Assembly: GCA_032654565.1 (NCBI GenBank)
Contig: JAULAX010000017.1
Span: 576,001-640,000 of the forward strand
Direction of reading: 5' to 3'
DNA: 64,000 nt
Source of the DNA: Anaeromyxobacteraceae bacterium
Lineage (GTDB): Bacteria; Myxococcota; Myxococcia; Myxococcales; Anaeromyxobacteraceae
This document shows, piece after piece, positions 38,786-48,673 of this stretch. Each line of letters begins with the position of its first letter. Positions within the stretch are counted from its first letter, which is position 1. The notes under the pieces are model-generated. The model searched no databases and was not told the origin of the DNA. It saw nothing but the letters and a program-made list of their open reading frames with translations. Position numbers and translations under genes: made by a program.

Positions 38786-39424
38786 ATGACGACCGCATGG
38801 TTGGCCGGTGGGAGCGGACTGGTGGGGGGCGTGCTCCTCCGGGAGCTCCTCGGAGACGACCACTTCACGCAGGTCGTCTCGGTGGGACGCCGCACCCTGG
38901 CCGTCGAGCACCCGAAGCTCACGCAGGTGGTGGCCGACTTCTCGCCACCGACCGGGTTCGAGTCCCTGGCGCCGCCCGACGTGGCGTTCGGCTGCCTGGG
39001 GACGACCATCAAGAAGGTCGGGTCGGCCGAGGCGTTCCGCAAGGTGGACCACGACGCGGTGCTGGCCTTCGCGCAGGCCGCCAGGGCCCGGGGCGCGCGG
39101 GTCTTCGTCCACGTGACGGCGCTCGGCGCGGACCCGCGTTCCCGCGTCTTCTACAACTCCGTGAAGGGCGAGATCGAACGCGACGTGGCCCTGCTCGGCT
39201 TCCCCAGCGTCTACGCCCTGCGCCCCTCCATCCTCGACGGAGCCCGGCGGGAGCGTCGACCCGCAGAGCAAGTCGGGCTGGTGGTGGCCCGCCGCCTCGG
39301 CCGCCTGCTCGGGAAGTACCGGCCGACGCCGGTCGCTGCCGTGGTGAGGGCGATGATCGCCTCGGCGAAGGCGGCGGCGCCGGGTGTCCATGTGGTCGAG
39401 GCCGGCGAGATCTTCGAGGGGTGA
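38786..39424 (+). CDS. NAD(P)-binding oxidoreductase (TIP30/YraR-like)
   Basis: AGGSGLVG, CLGTTIKK, FYNSVKGEIE, RPS. Confidence 0.88.
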   Translation: MTTAWLAGGSGLVGGVLLRELLGDDHFTQVVSVGRRTLAVEHPKLTQVVADFSPPTGFESLAPPDVAFGCLGTTIKKVGSAEAFRKVDHDAVLAFAQAARARGARVFVHVTALGADPRSRVFYNSVKGEIERDVALLGFPSVYALRPSILDGARRERRPAEQVGLVVARRLGRLLGKYRPTPVAAVVRAMIASAKAAAPGVHVVEAGEIFEG

Positions 39425-39472
39425 GGATGGCGCCGCTCCCCCCCCCCCGCACCCCGATCGAGGAGGACGACC

Positions 39473-40387
39473 ATGAAGGCCGTCGTGTACGAGCGGTACG
39501 GACCTCCTGAAGTCCTTCAGCTCAAGGACGTCGCAAAGCCCGTGCCCGCGGACGACGAGATCCTGGTGAAGGTGCACGCGACCACCGTGGCGGCCGGGGA
39601 CTGGCGCATGCGCAAGGCCGATCCGTTCGCGGCGCGGCTCTACAACGGGCTCTTCAGGCCGAAGAAGGTGACCGTTCTCGGGTTCGAGCTGGCCGGAGAG
39701 GTCGAGGCGGTCGGGAAGGAGGTGCGGCGCTTCAGGGGAGGCGACCAGGTCTTCGCCTTCACCGGCTTTGGCTTTGGTGCGCACGCCCAGTACCGGTGCC
39801 TGCGGGAGAGCGGAAAGATCACCACGGTCGGCCTCGTGGCGCACAAGCCCGTCAACATGAGCTTCGAACAGGCCGCCGCCCTGCCCGTCGGCGGGCTGAC
39901 GGCGCAGGCCTTCCTGCGCAAGGCGGGTGTTCGCAGCGGCGAGCGGGTCCTCGTCTACGGAGCGTCGGGGAGCGTGGGGACCTTCGCGGTCCAGCTGGCC
40001 AGGCACCTCGGAGCGCAGGTGACCGGCGTCTGCAGCGCCACCAACGTGGCGCTGGTCACATCCCTCGGCGCCACCGAGGTCATTGACTACACGAAGGACG
40101 ACTTCACCAAAGGCGGGCGCAGCTACGACGTGGTCTTCGACGCGGTGGGACGGATCGCCGCCTCGCGCTGCAAGCTAGCGCTCAAGAAGGGCGGGCGCTT
40201 CGTCTCGGTCAACGGCACGTCGAAGCTCCAGGCCGGGGATCTCGATGCGCTCAAGGAGCTGGTCGAGGCGGGCGAGCTGACGTCGGTCATCGATCGGCGG
40301 TACACGCTCGAGCAGATCGCCGAGGCTCACCGTTACGTGGAGCAGGGGCACAAGAAGGGGAACGTGGTGGTCGTGGTTTCGCACTGA
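39473..40387 (+). CDS. NAD(P)-dependent MDR-family oxidoreductase
   Basis: [38 protein letters not shown]. Confidence 0.92.
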   Translation: MKAVVYERYGPPEVLQLKDVAKPVPADDEILVKVHATTVAAGDWRMRKADPFAARLYNGLFRPKKVTVLGFELAGEVEAVGKEVRRFRGGDQVFAFTGFGFGAHAQYRCLRESGKITTVGLVAHKPVNMSFEQAAALPVGGLTAQAFLRKAGVRSGERVLVYGASGSVGTFAVQLARHLGAQVTGVCSATNVALVTSLGATEVIDYTKDDFTKGGRSYDVVFDAVGRIAASRCKLALKKGGRFVSVNGTSKLQAGDLDALKELVEAGELTSVIDRRYTLEQIAEAHRYVEQGHKKGNVVVVVSH

Positions 40388-40751
40388 CGTGTCGACTCGA
40401 GTCGCCGCGGGAGTCGGCGGCGAACTCGAACAGCCGGAGCGAGAACGGCGCCACCTCCCGCCTTCTCGGGGTCATGGCTTGGTGGGGCCCGGAGAATCGG
40501 GCGAACCGACCAGGGGTTGACCGCGGACCTTGTCGTCCTCCTGGCGTGCCAGGTTGTCCAGCAACGCGGACATGTCCTCCAGCGAGACGACGTAGTCGGC
40601 TCCCGCTGCGTCCAAGGCGTTCCACGGCATGGCACCGAACGCCGCGGTCCGCGGGTCCTGAACTACTGCCACGCCGCCCGCGCGGCGCACCCCTCTCTGC
40701 CAACGTGAGTGAGACAACGACCCCCACGGAGTTTAGTGTAGAAGGGCGAGC

Positions 40752-41171
40752 TTGGACTTCCACGTGAGCACCGCAGAGATGGGTTTGGTTGGGCAGGAGA
40801 CCGAAGTGACCGCGAAGCCCCGGAGGCGGCAGTTCACCGCCGAGTTCAAGCGGAAGGTGCTTGCCGAGGCCGATGCCTGCACCAAGGCCGGCGAGATCGG
40901 CGCCTTGCTGCGGCGAGAGGGCCTGTATTCGTCCCACCTGGTCGAGTGGCGGCGGGCCCGCGACAGCGGAGCCTTGGCCGGGCTGACCCCCAGGAAGCGC
41001 GGGCCGGCGGCGAAGGTTCCGCACCCGCTCGAGCGCAAGGTCGTCGAGCTGCAGCGTGACAACGCCCGCCTGCAGCGGCGCGCGGAGCGTGCGGAAGGGC
41101 TCGTTGAGCTCCAAAAAAAAGTCTCGGAGCTGCTGGGGATCCAACTCCCGAAGCCCGACGAGGAGCGGTGA
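40752..41171 (+). CDS. IS3-family OrfA (copy 2)
   Basis: RRQFTAEFK, LLRREGLYSSHL, LQKKVSELLG; start uncertain (ATG at 40779 possible). Confidence 0.88.
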   Translation: MDFHVSTAEMGLVGQETEVTAKPRRRQFTAEFKRKVLAEADACTKAGEIGALLRREGLYSSHLVEWRRARDSGALAGLTPRKRGPAAKVPHPLERKVVELQRDNARLQRRAERAEGLVELQKKVSELLGIQLPKPDEER

Positions 41172-42172
41172 TGCAGGCCGTCACCGAGCTTGGCCCGCGC
41201 CTCGGCTTCGCCGCGGCCTGTGCGGCCGTGGGGCTCCCCAAGGCTACCTACTACCGTCGCCTCAGGCCGCCACGGCCGCGGGCGAAGCGGACCTCCCATC
41301 GCGCCTTGGACGCCACCGAGAAGCGCGCCGTGCTCGACGTGCTGAACGAGCCGCGCTTCGCCGACCTCGCGCCGGCCGAGGTCCACGCGACGCTGCTCGA
41401 CGAGGGGCGCTACCTCTGCTCGGAGCGCACGATGTACCGCGTCCTGGCTGAGAACGCGGAGGTTCGCGAGCGCCGCGACCAGCTGCGCCACCCGGCCTAC
41501 ACGGCACCCGAGCTGCTGGCCACCGGGCCGAACCAGCTCTGGAGCTGGGACATCACCAAGCTGCTCGGCCCTCGGAAGTGGACCTACTTCCACCTGTACG
41601 TGATCCTCGACGTCTACAGCAGGTACGTGGTCGGCTGGATGCTCGCGCACCGCGAGACCGCCGCGCTCGCCGAGCGGCTCATCCGCGAGACCTGTGAGCG
41701 CCAGGGCATCCAGCGCGACCAGCTCACGGTCCACGCCGACCGCGGCACCTCGATGCGCTCTAAGCCCGTCGCGCTCATGCTCGCGGACCTGGGCGTCACC
41801 AAGAGCCACTCGCGGCCCCACGTCTCGAACGACAACCCGTTCTCCGAGTCTCAGTTCAAGACCATGAAGTACCGGCCCGACTTCCCGGAGCGCTTCGGCG
41901 CCATCGAGCACGGCCGGGCCCACTGCGTCGACTTCTTCGGCTGGTACAACAACGAGCACCGCCACGGTGGCCTCGGCCTCCTCACGCCCCACGACGTCCA
42001 CCACGGCCTCGCCGGCGCCCGCCTGGAGGCCCGCAGCGCGGTCCTGGCGGCCGCCTTCGCCGATCGGCCCGAGCGGTTCCCCGCCGGCGCCCCGTCGGCC
42101 GGCGCCGTGCCCACCGAGGTCTGGATCAACAAGCCGCAGCAGATTTCACCGACAGAGGAAGTGCGTCAGTAA
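41171..42172 (+). CDS. IS3-family transposase OrfB (copy 2)
   Basis: DDE core in the -1 frame relative to OrfA; A8 slippery run at 41113-41120. Confidence 0.9.
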   Translation: MQAVTELGPRLGFAAACAAVGLPKATYYRRLRPPRPRAKRTSHRALDATEKRAVLDVLNEPRFADLAPAEVHATLLDEGRYLCSERTMYRVLAENAEVRERRDQLRHPAYTAPELLATGPNQLWSWDITKLLGPRKWTYFHLYVILDVYSRYVVGWMLAHRETAALAERLIRETCERQGIQRDQLTVHADRGTSMRSKPVALMLADLGVTKSHSRPHVSNDNPFSESQFKTMKYRPDFPERFGAIEHGRAHCVDFFGWYNNEHRHGGLGLLTPHDVHHGLAGARLEARSAVLAAAFADRPERFPAGAPSAGAVPTEVWINKPQQISPTEEVRQ

Positions 42173-42823
42173 TCTCAGCAGCAGGTTGTCTCATTCGTGT
42201 TGACAGGTTCCGCACCGTGATCAGGCCCGCGCTGCCGTCGTTGTACGTCCCGGTCAAGACGACCGCCACGAGCTCTCGCCCGTACTCGAGTGCGGCGGAC
42301 TGGAAGAGCACGTCAATGGACGGCTTGACTCTGTTCACCCGAGCTCCGTCGAGGAGCCTGGTTCGACGATCCTGAACCACGAGGTGATGGGCTGATGCAG
42401 CGACCAGGATGCGTCCCGGCCGCAGCAACTCGCCGTCGCGCGCATCCTGGGCAGGCAGGCGTCCGGCCCGGGCAAGTATTCGCGCCAGCGCACTCGGGTG
42501 CTCAACTGGATGGTGGACCACGACGGCTACCGCGGCCGGCAGGTCTCGAGGCAGGTGCGCGACGAGGTGTGTCACCGCCTCGACGCCCCCGACCGACGCA
42601 CCGATAACGATGAGCCGCTTGGCGGGGGGATCGCTCGCTCCGCCGTCATCATCTTGCTTGTCGGTCATCCAGCCCGATCTCGAACTGACAGTCAGGAGCT
42701 GTCGGCGCCATCCGTGCCCGCCTCGAGCGTACTGGAGACAGCCTACTGTCTTCGTGCAAGTTCCGCGACCTGCGCGCCTGACTCGTCGCGCCACCTGCGA
42801 GGCGAGAGACTCCCCGGTGAGGT

Positions 42824-42870
42824 GGCGGTAGGCTCCTCGGCGACATGGCGACCGCTTGGTTGGCCGGTGG
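42824..42870 (+). repeat. Duplicate of the upstream region and first codons of the 38786 gene
   Basis: 47 bp matching 38765-38811 with 2 mismatches. Confidence 0.85.
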
Positions 42871-42920
42871 ATGGCGCCCGTCTCCACCTTCGCGTCGTCC
42901 ATGCCCAGGAGGCACCGACC

Positions 42921-43352
42921 ATGTCCCGTGACGGATACCTCCCGCTCAGCACGCTTCTCACACCTGAGGAGGCGGGCATGGCGCTCGGGCTCCTCGAGGG
43001 GGCCGGCATCGAGGCGCTCCTCGAGGATCAGGCCCTTTCTGCGGTGGACCCGCTGGTGCGTCTCGCCATCGGCGGCACCAAGCTGCTGGTGCGCGCCGAG
43101 GATGCCGACCGGGCCCGCGCCCTCCTCGACGAGACCGGCGTGCTTGCCCCAGCGGGCGCCAGACTGGGCGGTGACGTCGAGATCCCGGAGGCCGAGTGGT
43201 CGGCGCCGCCGCCAGAACCACCGCCAGAGGAGACCGCCGCGGTCGGCTGGTCGGGGACCCGCATCCTGTTGGTGCTCGCCGCGCTCGCCGCAACGGCCTA
43301 TGTCCTGCTCGGTGAGTCGAGGCGGCCTCGCTGGCCGCCCTGGGGGCCTTGA
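42921..43352 (+). CDS. DUF2007-like putative signal-transducing membrane protein
   Basis: EEAGMALGLLEGAGIEA..GGTKLLVRAEDADRARALL; C-terminal TM helix. Confidence 0.75.
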   Translation: MSRDGYLPLSTLLTPEEAGMALGLLEGAGIEALLEDQALSAVDPLVRLAIGGTKLLVRAEDADRARALLDETGVLAPAGARLGGDVEIPEAEWSAPPPEPPPEETAAVGWSGTRILLVLAALAATAYVLLGESRRPRWPPWGP

Positions 43353-43358
43353 CGTCCC

Positions 43359-44153
43359 CTACCCGTGCACCTTCCGCCCCAACTCCCGCATCCAGCGCTG
43401 CTCCTCGTCGGAGGGCGGCCCGCGCTCCAGCGCCGCCAGGTTCTCGCGCAGCTCCTTCACGTCCCTGGGGCCGGTCAGCACCACGTCGACGTGCGGGCTC
43501 CCGAGGCAGAAGCGGTAGCAGTCGCCGGCGGTCATCACCGGCCCCTTCCAGCCCGACGGCGCCTGGAGCAGCTTGCGCCAGGAGGTGGCGGTGTAGGCCA
43601 CCACCGCGGGAGTGCGGCGCCCGAGGTGCGGGAAGACATCGCCCTCGGCGCCGGGGTGGGCGGCGTTGTAGCGGACCATCAGCAGGTCGAGCGGCGAGTC
43701 GAGCGCCAGCCGCCCGGCCCGCGGCCGGTCGTGGATGGAGACGCCCAGCGCCCGGACCGCGCCGGTCTCGCGGATGCGGACCAGCTCGTCGACCATGGCC
43801 GGCGAGAGGCGCGACATCTTGCTGACCCAGTAGAGCTGCAGCACGTCGAGGTAGTCGGTGCCCAGCACCTTCCTGGCCCGGTCGACGTAGCGCTGCAGCT
43901 GCCCGGGGAAGAGGGCGATGGTCGGCCCGCCGGCGATGACGTACCGCTCGCGGTCCTTCCTGCAGGCGGCCCGCAGCGGCCCGGTGAACTTCGTGGCGCG
44001 CGGGTTCCAGAAGACGTACTGCAGCTGCTCCAGCGCCTCCTCGCACCCCTTCTCGTCGAGCCCGTAGCTGGGGGCCAGGCCGAGCCGGTGGAGCTTCTTG
44101 CCGGAGAGGGCCGGCACCGCGCGGTGCGTGAAGTCGGTGGTCATGGCGGTCAC
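43359..44153 (-). CDS. Aldo/keto reductase family protein
   Basis: [33 protein letters not shown]. Confidence 0.88.
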   Translation of the reverse strand: MTAMTTDFTHRAVPALSGKKLHRLGLAPSYGLDEKGCEEALEQLQYVFWNPRATKFTGPLRAACRKDRERYVIAGGPTIALFPGQLQRYVDRARKVLGTDYLDVLQLYWVSKMSRLSPAMVDELVRIRETGAVRALGVSIHDRPRAGRLALDSPLDLLMVRYNAAHPGAEGDVFPHLGRRTPAVVAYTATSWRKLLQAPSGWKGPVMTAGDCYRFCLGSPHVDVVLTGPRDVKELRENLAALERGPPSDEEQRWMRELGRKVHG

Positions 44154-45793
44154 CCCTCCCTGGTGGCGGCGGCCACGATGGCCTGCGCCTCCTCGATGAT
44201 CCGCGCCAGGTGGGCCTCATCGCGGAAGCTCTCGGCGTAGATCTTCTGCACGTCCTCGGTCCCCGACGGCCGGGCCGCGAACCAGCCGTTGGCGGTGGTC
44301 ACCTTGAGCCCCCCGACCTCGGCGCCGTTCCCCGGGGCCCGGGTCAGCCTGGCGGTGATGGGGTCGCCGGCCAGCGTGGTGGCGGTGACCGCGGCGGGCG
44401 AGAGCTTCTTGAGCGCCGCCTTGACCGCCGGCGAGGCCGGGGCGTCCACCCGCCGGTAGACCGGCGCGCCGAGCGCCGCGGTCAGCTCGCGGTAGCGCTC
44501 GCCCGGGTCGCGGCCGGTGCGGGCCCGCAGCTCCACCGCCAGCAGGTCGAGCAGGATCCCGTCCTTGTCGGTGGTCCAGGTGGTCCCGTCGCGCCGCAGG
44601 AAGGAGGCGCCGGCGCTCTCCTCGCCACCGAAGCCGATCGAGCCGTCGCCCAGGCCCGGCACGAACCACTTGAAGCCGACCGGCACCTCGACCAGGCGCC
44701 GGCCCAGCCGCGCCGCCACCCGGTCGATGAGCGCCGAGGAGACCAGCGTCTTGCCGACACCGGCGGCGGCCGGCCAGCCGGGGCGATGCGTGAAGAGGTA
44801 GTCGATGGCCACCGCCAGGTAGGCGTTGGGGTCGAGCAGCCCCATCGACGGGGTGACGATGCCGTGCCGGTCGGCGTCGGCGTCGTTGCCGAAGGCGAGA
44901 TCGAACCGGTCCTTCATGGCGATCAGCCCGCTCATGGCGTAGCGCGACGAGCAGTCCATGCGGATGCGGCCGTCGTGGTCGAGCGGCATGAAGCCGAAGG
45001 TCGGGTCGAGCTCCGGCCGGGTGACGATGAGATCCAGCTTCAAGGCCTCGGCGATGGGCCCCCAGTACGGGGCGCTGGCCCCGCCCATGGGGTCGACCCC
45101 CAGCTTCAGCTTCGCGCCGCGCAGCACCTCCAGGTCGAGCACGGCCCCCAGGTCGGCCACGTAGGGCGTGACGTAGTCGCGGGCCGAGGTGGTGGCGGCG
45201 GCGCGGGCCCGGGCGTACGGGATCCGCCTCACCTCGCGGTTCTTCCCCTCCAGCAGCTGGTTGGCGCGCCGCTCGATCCAGCCGGTGGCGTCGGTGTCGG
45301 CCGGCCCGCCGTGGGGCGGGTTGTACTTGATGCCGCCGTCGTCGGGCGGGTTGTGGCTGGGGGTGATGATCAGGCCGTCGGCCAGGTGGCTGGTCCGGCC
45401 GCGGTTGTGGCCGAGGATGGCGTGGGAGAGGACCGGCGTCGGCACCGGGACGCCGCCGCCGGAGACCACCACGGTGACGCCGTTGGCGGCCAGCACCTCC
45501 AGCGTGGTCCGCTCGGCCGGCTCGGAGAGGGCGTGGGTGTCGCTGCCGAGGAAGAGCGGGCCGTCGATCCCCTGCCCGGCCCGGTACTCGGCGGTGGCCT
45601 GGGCCACGGCGGCCAGGTGGGCGTCGTTGAAGGCGCGCTTCAGCCCGCTGCCGCGGTGGCCGGAGGTGCCGAAGGCGACCCGCTGGGCCGGGATCGACGG
45701 GTCGGGCACCTCCTCGGCGTAGCGGCGGCGCAGGTCGGCGACGTCGATGAGCAGCTCTTTGGGCGCCGGCTTTCCGGCGAGCGGGTGGGCCAT
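44150..45793 (-). CDS. pgm: Phosphoglucomutase
   Basis: [38 protein letters not shown]. Confidence 0.97.
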   Translation of the reverse strand: MAHPLAGKPAPKELLIDVADLRRRYAEEVPDPSIPAQRVAFGTSGHRGSGLKRAFNDAHLAAVAQATAEYRAGQGIDGPLFLGSDTHALSEPAERTTLEVLAANGVTVVVSGGGVPVPTPVLSHAILGHNRGRTSHLADGLIITPSHNPPDDGGIKYNPPHGGPADTDATGWIERRANQLLEGKNREVRRIPYARARAAATTSARDYVTPYVADLGAVLDLEVLRGAKLKLGVDPMGGASAPYWGPIAEALKLDLIVTRPELDPTFGFMPLDHDGRIRMDCSSRYAMSGLIAMKDRFDLAFGNDADADRHGIVTPSMGLLDPNAYLAVAIDYLFTHRPGWPAAAGVGKTLVSSALIDRVAARLGRRLVEVPVGFKWFVPGLGDGSIGFGGEESAGASFLRRDGTTWTTDKDGILLDLLAVELRARTGRDPGERYRELTAALGAPVYRRVDAPASPAVKAALKKLSPAAVTATTLAGDPITARLTRAPGNGAEVGGLKVTTANGWFAARPSGTEDVQKIYAESFRDEAHLARIIEEAQAIVAAATREG

Positions 45794-45818
45794 GGCGGGA
45801 GTCTAGCGCGAGGCCGGG

Positions 45819-46310
45819 TCAGTCGCCGGCCGGAGCGTCGGGGACGACCGGCAGCGGCAGCGGCAGGCGCGAGAGCAGCGCCGCCAGCAGCAGGTAGAGC
45901 AGACCCCCCACCAGCGGCGCCGCCACCCCCCAGGCGGCCAGCGCCCGCAGGTTGTCGCCGAGGTAGCGGGCCACGGTGCCGAGCGCGTCGGCGGAGAGCT
46001 CGGCCTGGAGCCCGGCCAGGGTGAAGCCGAGCGGGGCGCGGCCGAAGAGCCAGGCGCCGGCCTGGAAGGCCGGGATGAAGAGGAGCAGCTGCAGCGGGTA
46101 GGCCAGGTAGTTGGCCAGCTGGATGGCCGGCTGGTTGAGCCGCAGCGCCACCGCCAGCAGCGCGCAGAGGGCGGTGGTGACGCCGAGCACCGGGATCACC
46201 CCCACCACCAGGCCGAGGGTGAGCGCCAGCGCCAGGCGCGACGGCGACACCCCCTGGGTGAGCTGGTCCCGGAGCGGGTGGAGGACGCGACGGTGGAGGA
46301 GCTGGCGCAC
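45819..46310 (-). CDS. DUF2062 family membrane protein
   Basis: QGVSPSRLAL, LRLNQPAIQLANY. Confidence 0.8.
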   Translation of the reverse strand: MRQLLHRRVLHPLRDQLTQGVSPSRLALALTLGLVVGVIPVLGVTTALCALLAVALRLNQPAIQLANYLAYPLQLLLFIPAFQAGAWLFGRAPLGFTLAGLQAELSADALGTVARYLGDNLRALAAWGVAAPLVGGLLYLLLAALLSRLPLPLPVVPDAPAGD

Positions 46311-46360
46311 CGTGGGGGAATAACCCGGTGGCCGGGGCGGCGCTCGACCCGAACGAAACT

Positions 46361-46388
46361 CGGGAGGGGACCCGAAGATCCCCTCCCG
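46361..46388 (-). terminator. Hairpin downstream of ice-binding gene 1
   Basis: CGGGAGGGGA...TCCCCTCCCG stem; the same stem occurs at 55952-55978. Confidence 0.6.
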
Positions 46389-46427
46389 AAGATGCTGCGT
46401 GAGCTCACGGCCCGGAGGCCGCGTGGG

Positions 46428-47189
46428 CTACGGCCGGACGATGGTGTTGGCGTCCAGCGTCACCGCGGCGATCCGGGCCAGGGCCCGGCCATTCAGCGAG
46501 GCGCCGGTCTCCAGCGTGACGGCCTGGTCGGCCATGATGGTGCCGAAGAAGGCCGAGGTGGTCCCGATGGTCGCCGAGCTGCCGACCTGCCAGTAGATGT
46601 TGGCGGCCGAAGCGCCCCCGGCCAGGACGATCCCCAGCCCGGAGGTGGTGGTGAGCGTCGACGCCGACTGGAAGATGAAGACGGCGTTGGCGTCTCCCAG
46701 GGCGTCGAGGGTGAGCGTGCCCGAGGTGACCTCCAGGGACGACCCGGACCAGTAGAGCCCGGGGGTGAGCGTCTGGCCGCCCAGGTTGGGGGCGGCGACG
46801 GTGATGCGGCAGAGGGTCCGGCCCGCGGCGTCGTTGTAGGCCGTGGTCAGGTCGGCGATGGCGGTGGCCGCGGCCGGGTCGCCGGCGTGGGTGGTCCCGG
46901 TGATGATGCCGGGCCCGAAGCCGCTCACCACCGTGCCCGGGCTGACCCCGAGGTCACCGGTCACCTGGGTGGCGCCGGTGCTGGTGACGGTGGAGCCGGC
47001 CAGCACCGCGAAGGGTGCCGCCCCGCCGAGCACCACCGGCGCCAGGGCGCAGGGGCCCCCGAAGATGGCGTTGCCGCCGGCGATGGTGTTGCCACCCGCG
47101 GTGGCGTTGGGGAACTCCACCAGCTGCTGCCCGCAGGCGGTGGAGAGGACGGCCAGGGCCAGCACCAAGCTGCTCTTGAAGACGTTCAT
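46428..47189 (-). CDS. DUF3494 ice-binding-like lipoprotein 1
   Basis: STAC lipobox; FAVLAGSTVT, GDLGVSPG, LTPGLY, NIYWQVGSSAT, GRALA. Confidence 0.9.
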   Translation of the reverse strand: MNVFKSSLVLALAVLSTACGQQLVEFPNATAGGNTIAGGNAIFGGPCALAPVVLGGAAPFAVLAGSTVTSTGATQVTGDLGVSPGTVVSGFGPGIITGTTHAGDPAAATAIADLTTAYNDAAGRTLCRITVAAPNLGGQTLTPGLYWSGSSLEVTSGTLTLDALGDANAVFIFQSASTLTTTSGLGIVLAGGASAANIYWQVGSSATIGTTSAFFGTIMADQAVTLETGASLNGRALARIAAVTLDANTIVRP

Positions 47190-47190
47190 G

Positions 47191-48363
47191 TCACTTCCCC
47201 TCGTGGGTGGCGATGGCGGCGTTGACCTGGAACTCGACGCGCCGGTTCTTCTCCCGGCCGGCGTTGGTGTCGTTGCTGGCGGCGGGGTTCGACGAGGAGA
47301 AGCCCTTGGAACCGAGCCGCTCCTTGGCGATGCCGTGGGTCACCAGGTAGTCGCGGACCGCCGTGGCCCGCCGCTCGGAGAGGGCCTGGTTGTGGCGGGA
47401 TTCACCCTCGGAGGAGGCGTGCCCCTCGATCCGCACGTCCACGGCGCGGTCGCCTTGGAGGGAGCGGACCACCTCGTCGAGCGCCGGCAGGGAGGCCGGC
47501 AGGATGACCGACTGGTCCCAGGCGAAGTAGAGCCGCTCGTTCAGCTGGAGCCGGACCGGCTGGGCCGCCACCTTCTTCTCGGCGGGGCAGCCGTGGTTCT
47601 CCCAGGTGCCGGCCACGTCGGGGCAGCGGTCGACGTCGTCGGGGACGCCGTCGGCGTCACGGTCGGTGCAGGCGAAGGCCTGCTGGACCTCGGTGCGGAC
47701 CTCGGCGGGGAGCGCCGCCTCGCGCAGCACCGGCCGCTTCACCCCGGGACCGAGGTCGAGGCTGATGCCGACGGTGAGGAGCTTGGCGTCGCGGTTGTCG
47801 TAGCCGCTCCGCGAGGGCTGGATGATCTGGCCGTAGCGCACGAACGGGCCGAGCCAGTAGGCGCGGGACTTCCCCAGCGGGACCGCGGCGCCGGCGCCGA
47901 TGGCCAGCCCGGGCCGGTTGAGCGGGCCGGTCCGGACGTACTGGGCGTCGACGTCGACCCAGGGCGAGACGTTGTAGAACCGGTCGTTGTCGGGCAGGTC
48001 GCGCGGCCGCTGCAGCAGCAGGCTGCCGCCGAAGCTCCACGCCGTCCCGAAGCGGCTGACGCCGTCGGCCGCCGGCAGGGCCAGGAAGCCGATGCTGGGG
48101 CCGACGCCGAGGTAGCGGTTGAGGGACCAGAGCCCCTTGACGGTGAGCGAGCCGCCGGTGTCGAAGCGCTGCGACTGCGGCGCCGTCAGCGGGAAGGAGA
48201 CCCCGGGCTGCAGCCTCAGGGTGAACTCACCGCGCTGGGTGGGGAGCGGATCGGTGGAGGTGGCCGTGGCGTCGGCGGCCCGGGCCATGGGGGAGAACAG
48301 CAGGAAGGCGGCCACGACCGCAGCTGCGGTCGACGGCTTGGCCAGGGTGGATCCTCGGATCAT
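47191..48363 (-). CDS. OmpA family protein 1 (beta-barrel, Ca-binding repeat, OmpA C-domain)
   Basis: DRDADGVPDDVDRCPD; IEGHAS, NQALSERRA, NRRVEF. Confidence 0.9.
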   Translation of the reverse strand: MIRGSTLAKPSTAAAVVAAFLLFSPMARAADATATSTDPLPTQRGEFTLRLQPGVSFPLTAPQSQRFDTGGSLTVKGLWSLNRYLGVGPSIGFLALPAADGVSRFGTAWSFGGSLLLQRPRDLPDNDRFYNVSPWVDVDAQYVRTGPLNRPGLAIGAGAAVPLGKSRAYWLGPFVRYGQIIQPSRSGYDNRDAKLLTVGISLDLGPGVKRPVLREAALPAEVRTEVQQAFACTDRDADGVPDDVDRCPDVAGTWENHGCPAEKKVAAQPVRLQLNERLYFAWDQSVILPASLPALDEVVRSLQGDRAVDVRIEGHASSEGESRHNQALSERRATAVRDYLVTHGIAKERLGSKGFSSSNPAASNDTNAGREKNRRVEFQVNAAIATHEGK

Positions 48364-48488
48364 CGGGTGCTCCTTCGGCAGGTGGTGAGTGAACGCGCCT
48401 CCGGCCAGGGCTTGGCGGAAGCGCGGGAGATCGACTGTTCGGAGCCCGTCGAGGGACGGGCGCCTCGGTCGAAGACGACTTCACCTAG

Positions 48489-48504
48489 AGCAGCAAGCGG
48501 GCCA
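48489..48504 (-). promoter_or_regulatory. Sigma-54 promoter of ompA1-IBP1
   Basis: TGGCCCGCTTGCTGCT (GG-N10-GC). Confidence 0.7.
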
Positions 48505-48673
48505 GTCGCCCTCCCCCAGCAATTCGGCGTGGTTGTGGACGCCGGCGGCGGCGAGCGCGGTCCGGCGCTCCATCATGTTGACGTGGGGGCACTCATTCCG
48601 ATGGGGCGCCGAGCCGCCCCGGAGGCCGTCGATCCCGTCGACCGGGGTGGTCGGCCGCCTTACACTCACCGCC

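Larger units (their letters stand above)
40690..42212 (+). mobile_element. IS3-family insertion sequence, copy 2
   Basis: IRL TGCCAACGTGAGTGAGACAAC at 40698; IRR ends at 42205; near-identical to copy 1 and inverted relative to it. Confidence 0.93.
40472..42668 (-). pseudogene. cheB: Stand-alone CheB-type methylesterase split by IS copy 2
   Basis: GASVGG, VVHH, KPSIDVLFQSAA and LTGTYNDG in 42213-42668; RRAGGVAVVQDP..MP in 40472-40689. Confidence 0.88.

Noticed and set aside
40388..40440. Bulged hairpin after the MDR gene as an integron attC site
   Set aside because: It lacks RYYYAAC/GTTRRRY boxes, is not repeated after other island genes, and no integron integrase is present; more likely a terminator-like stem.
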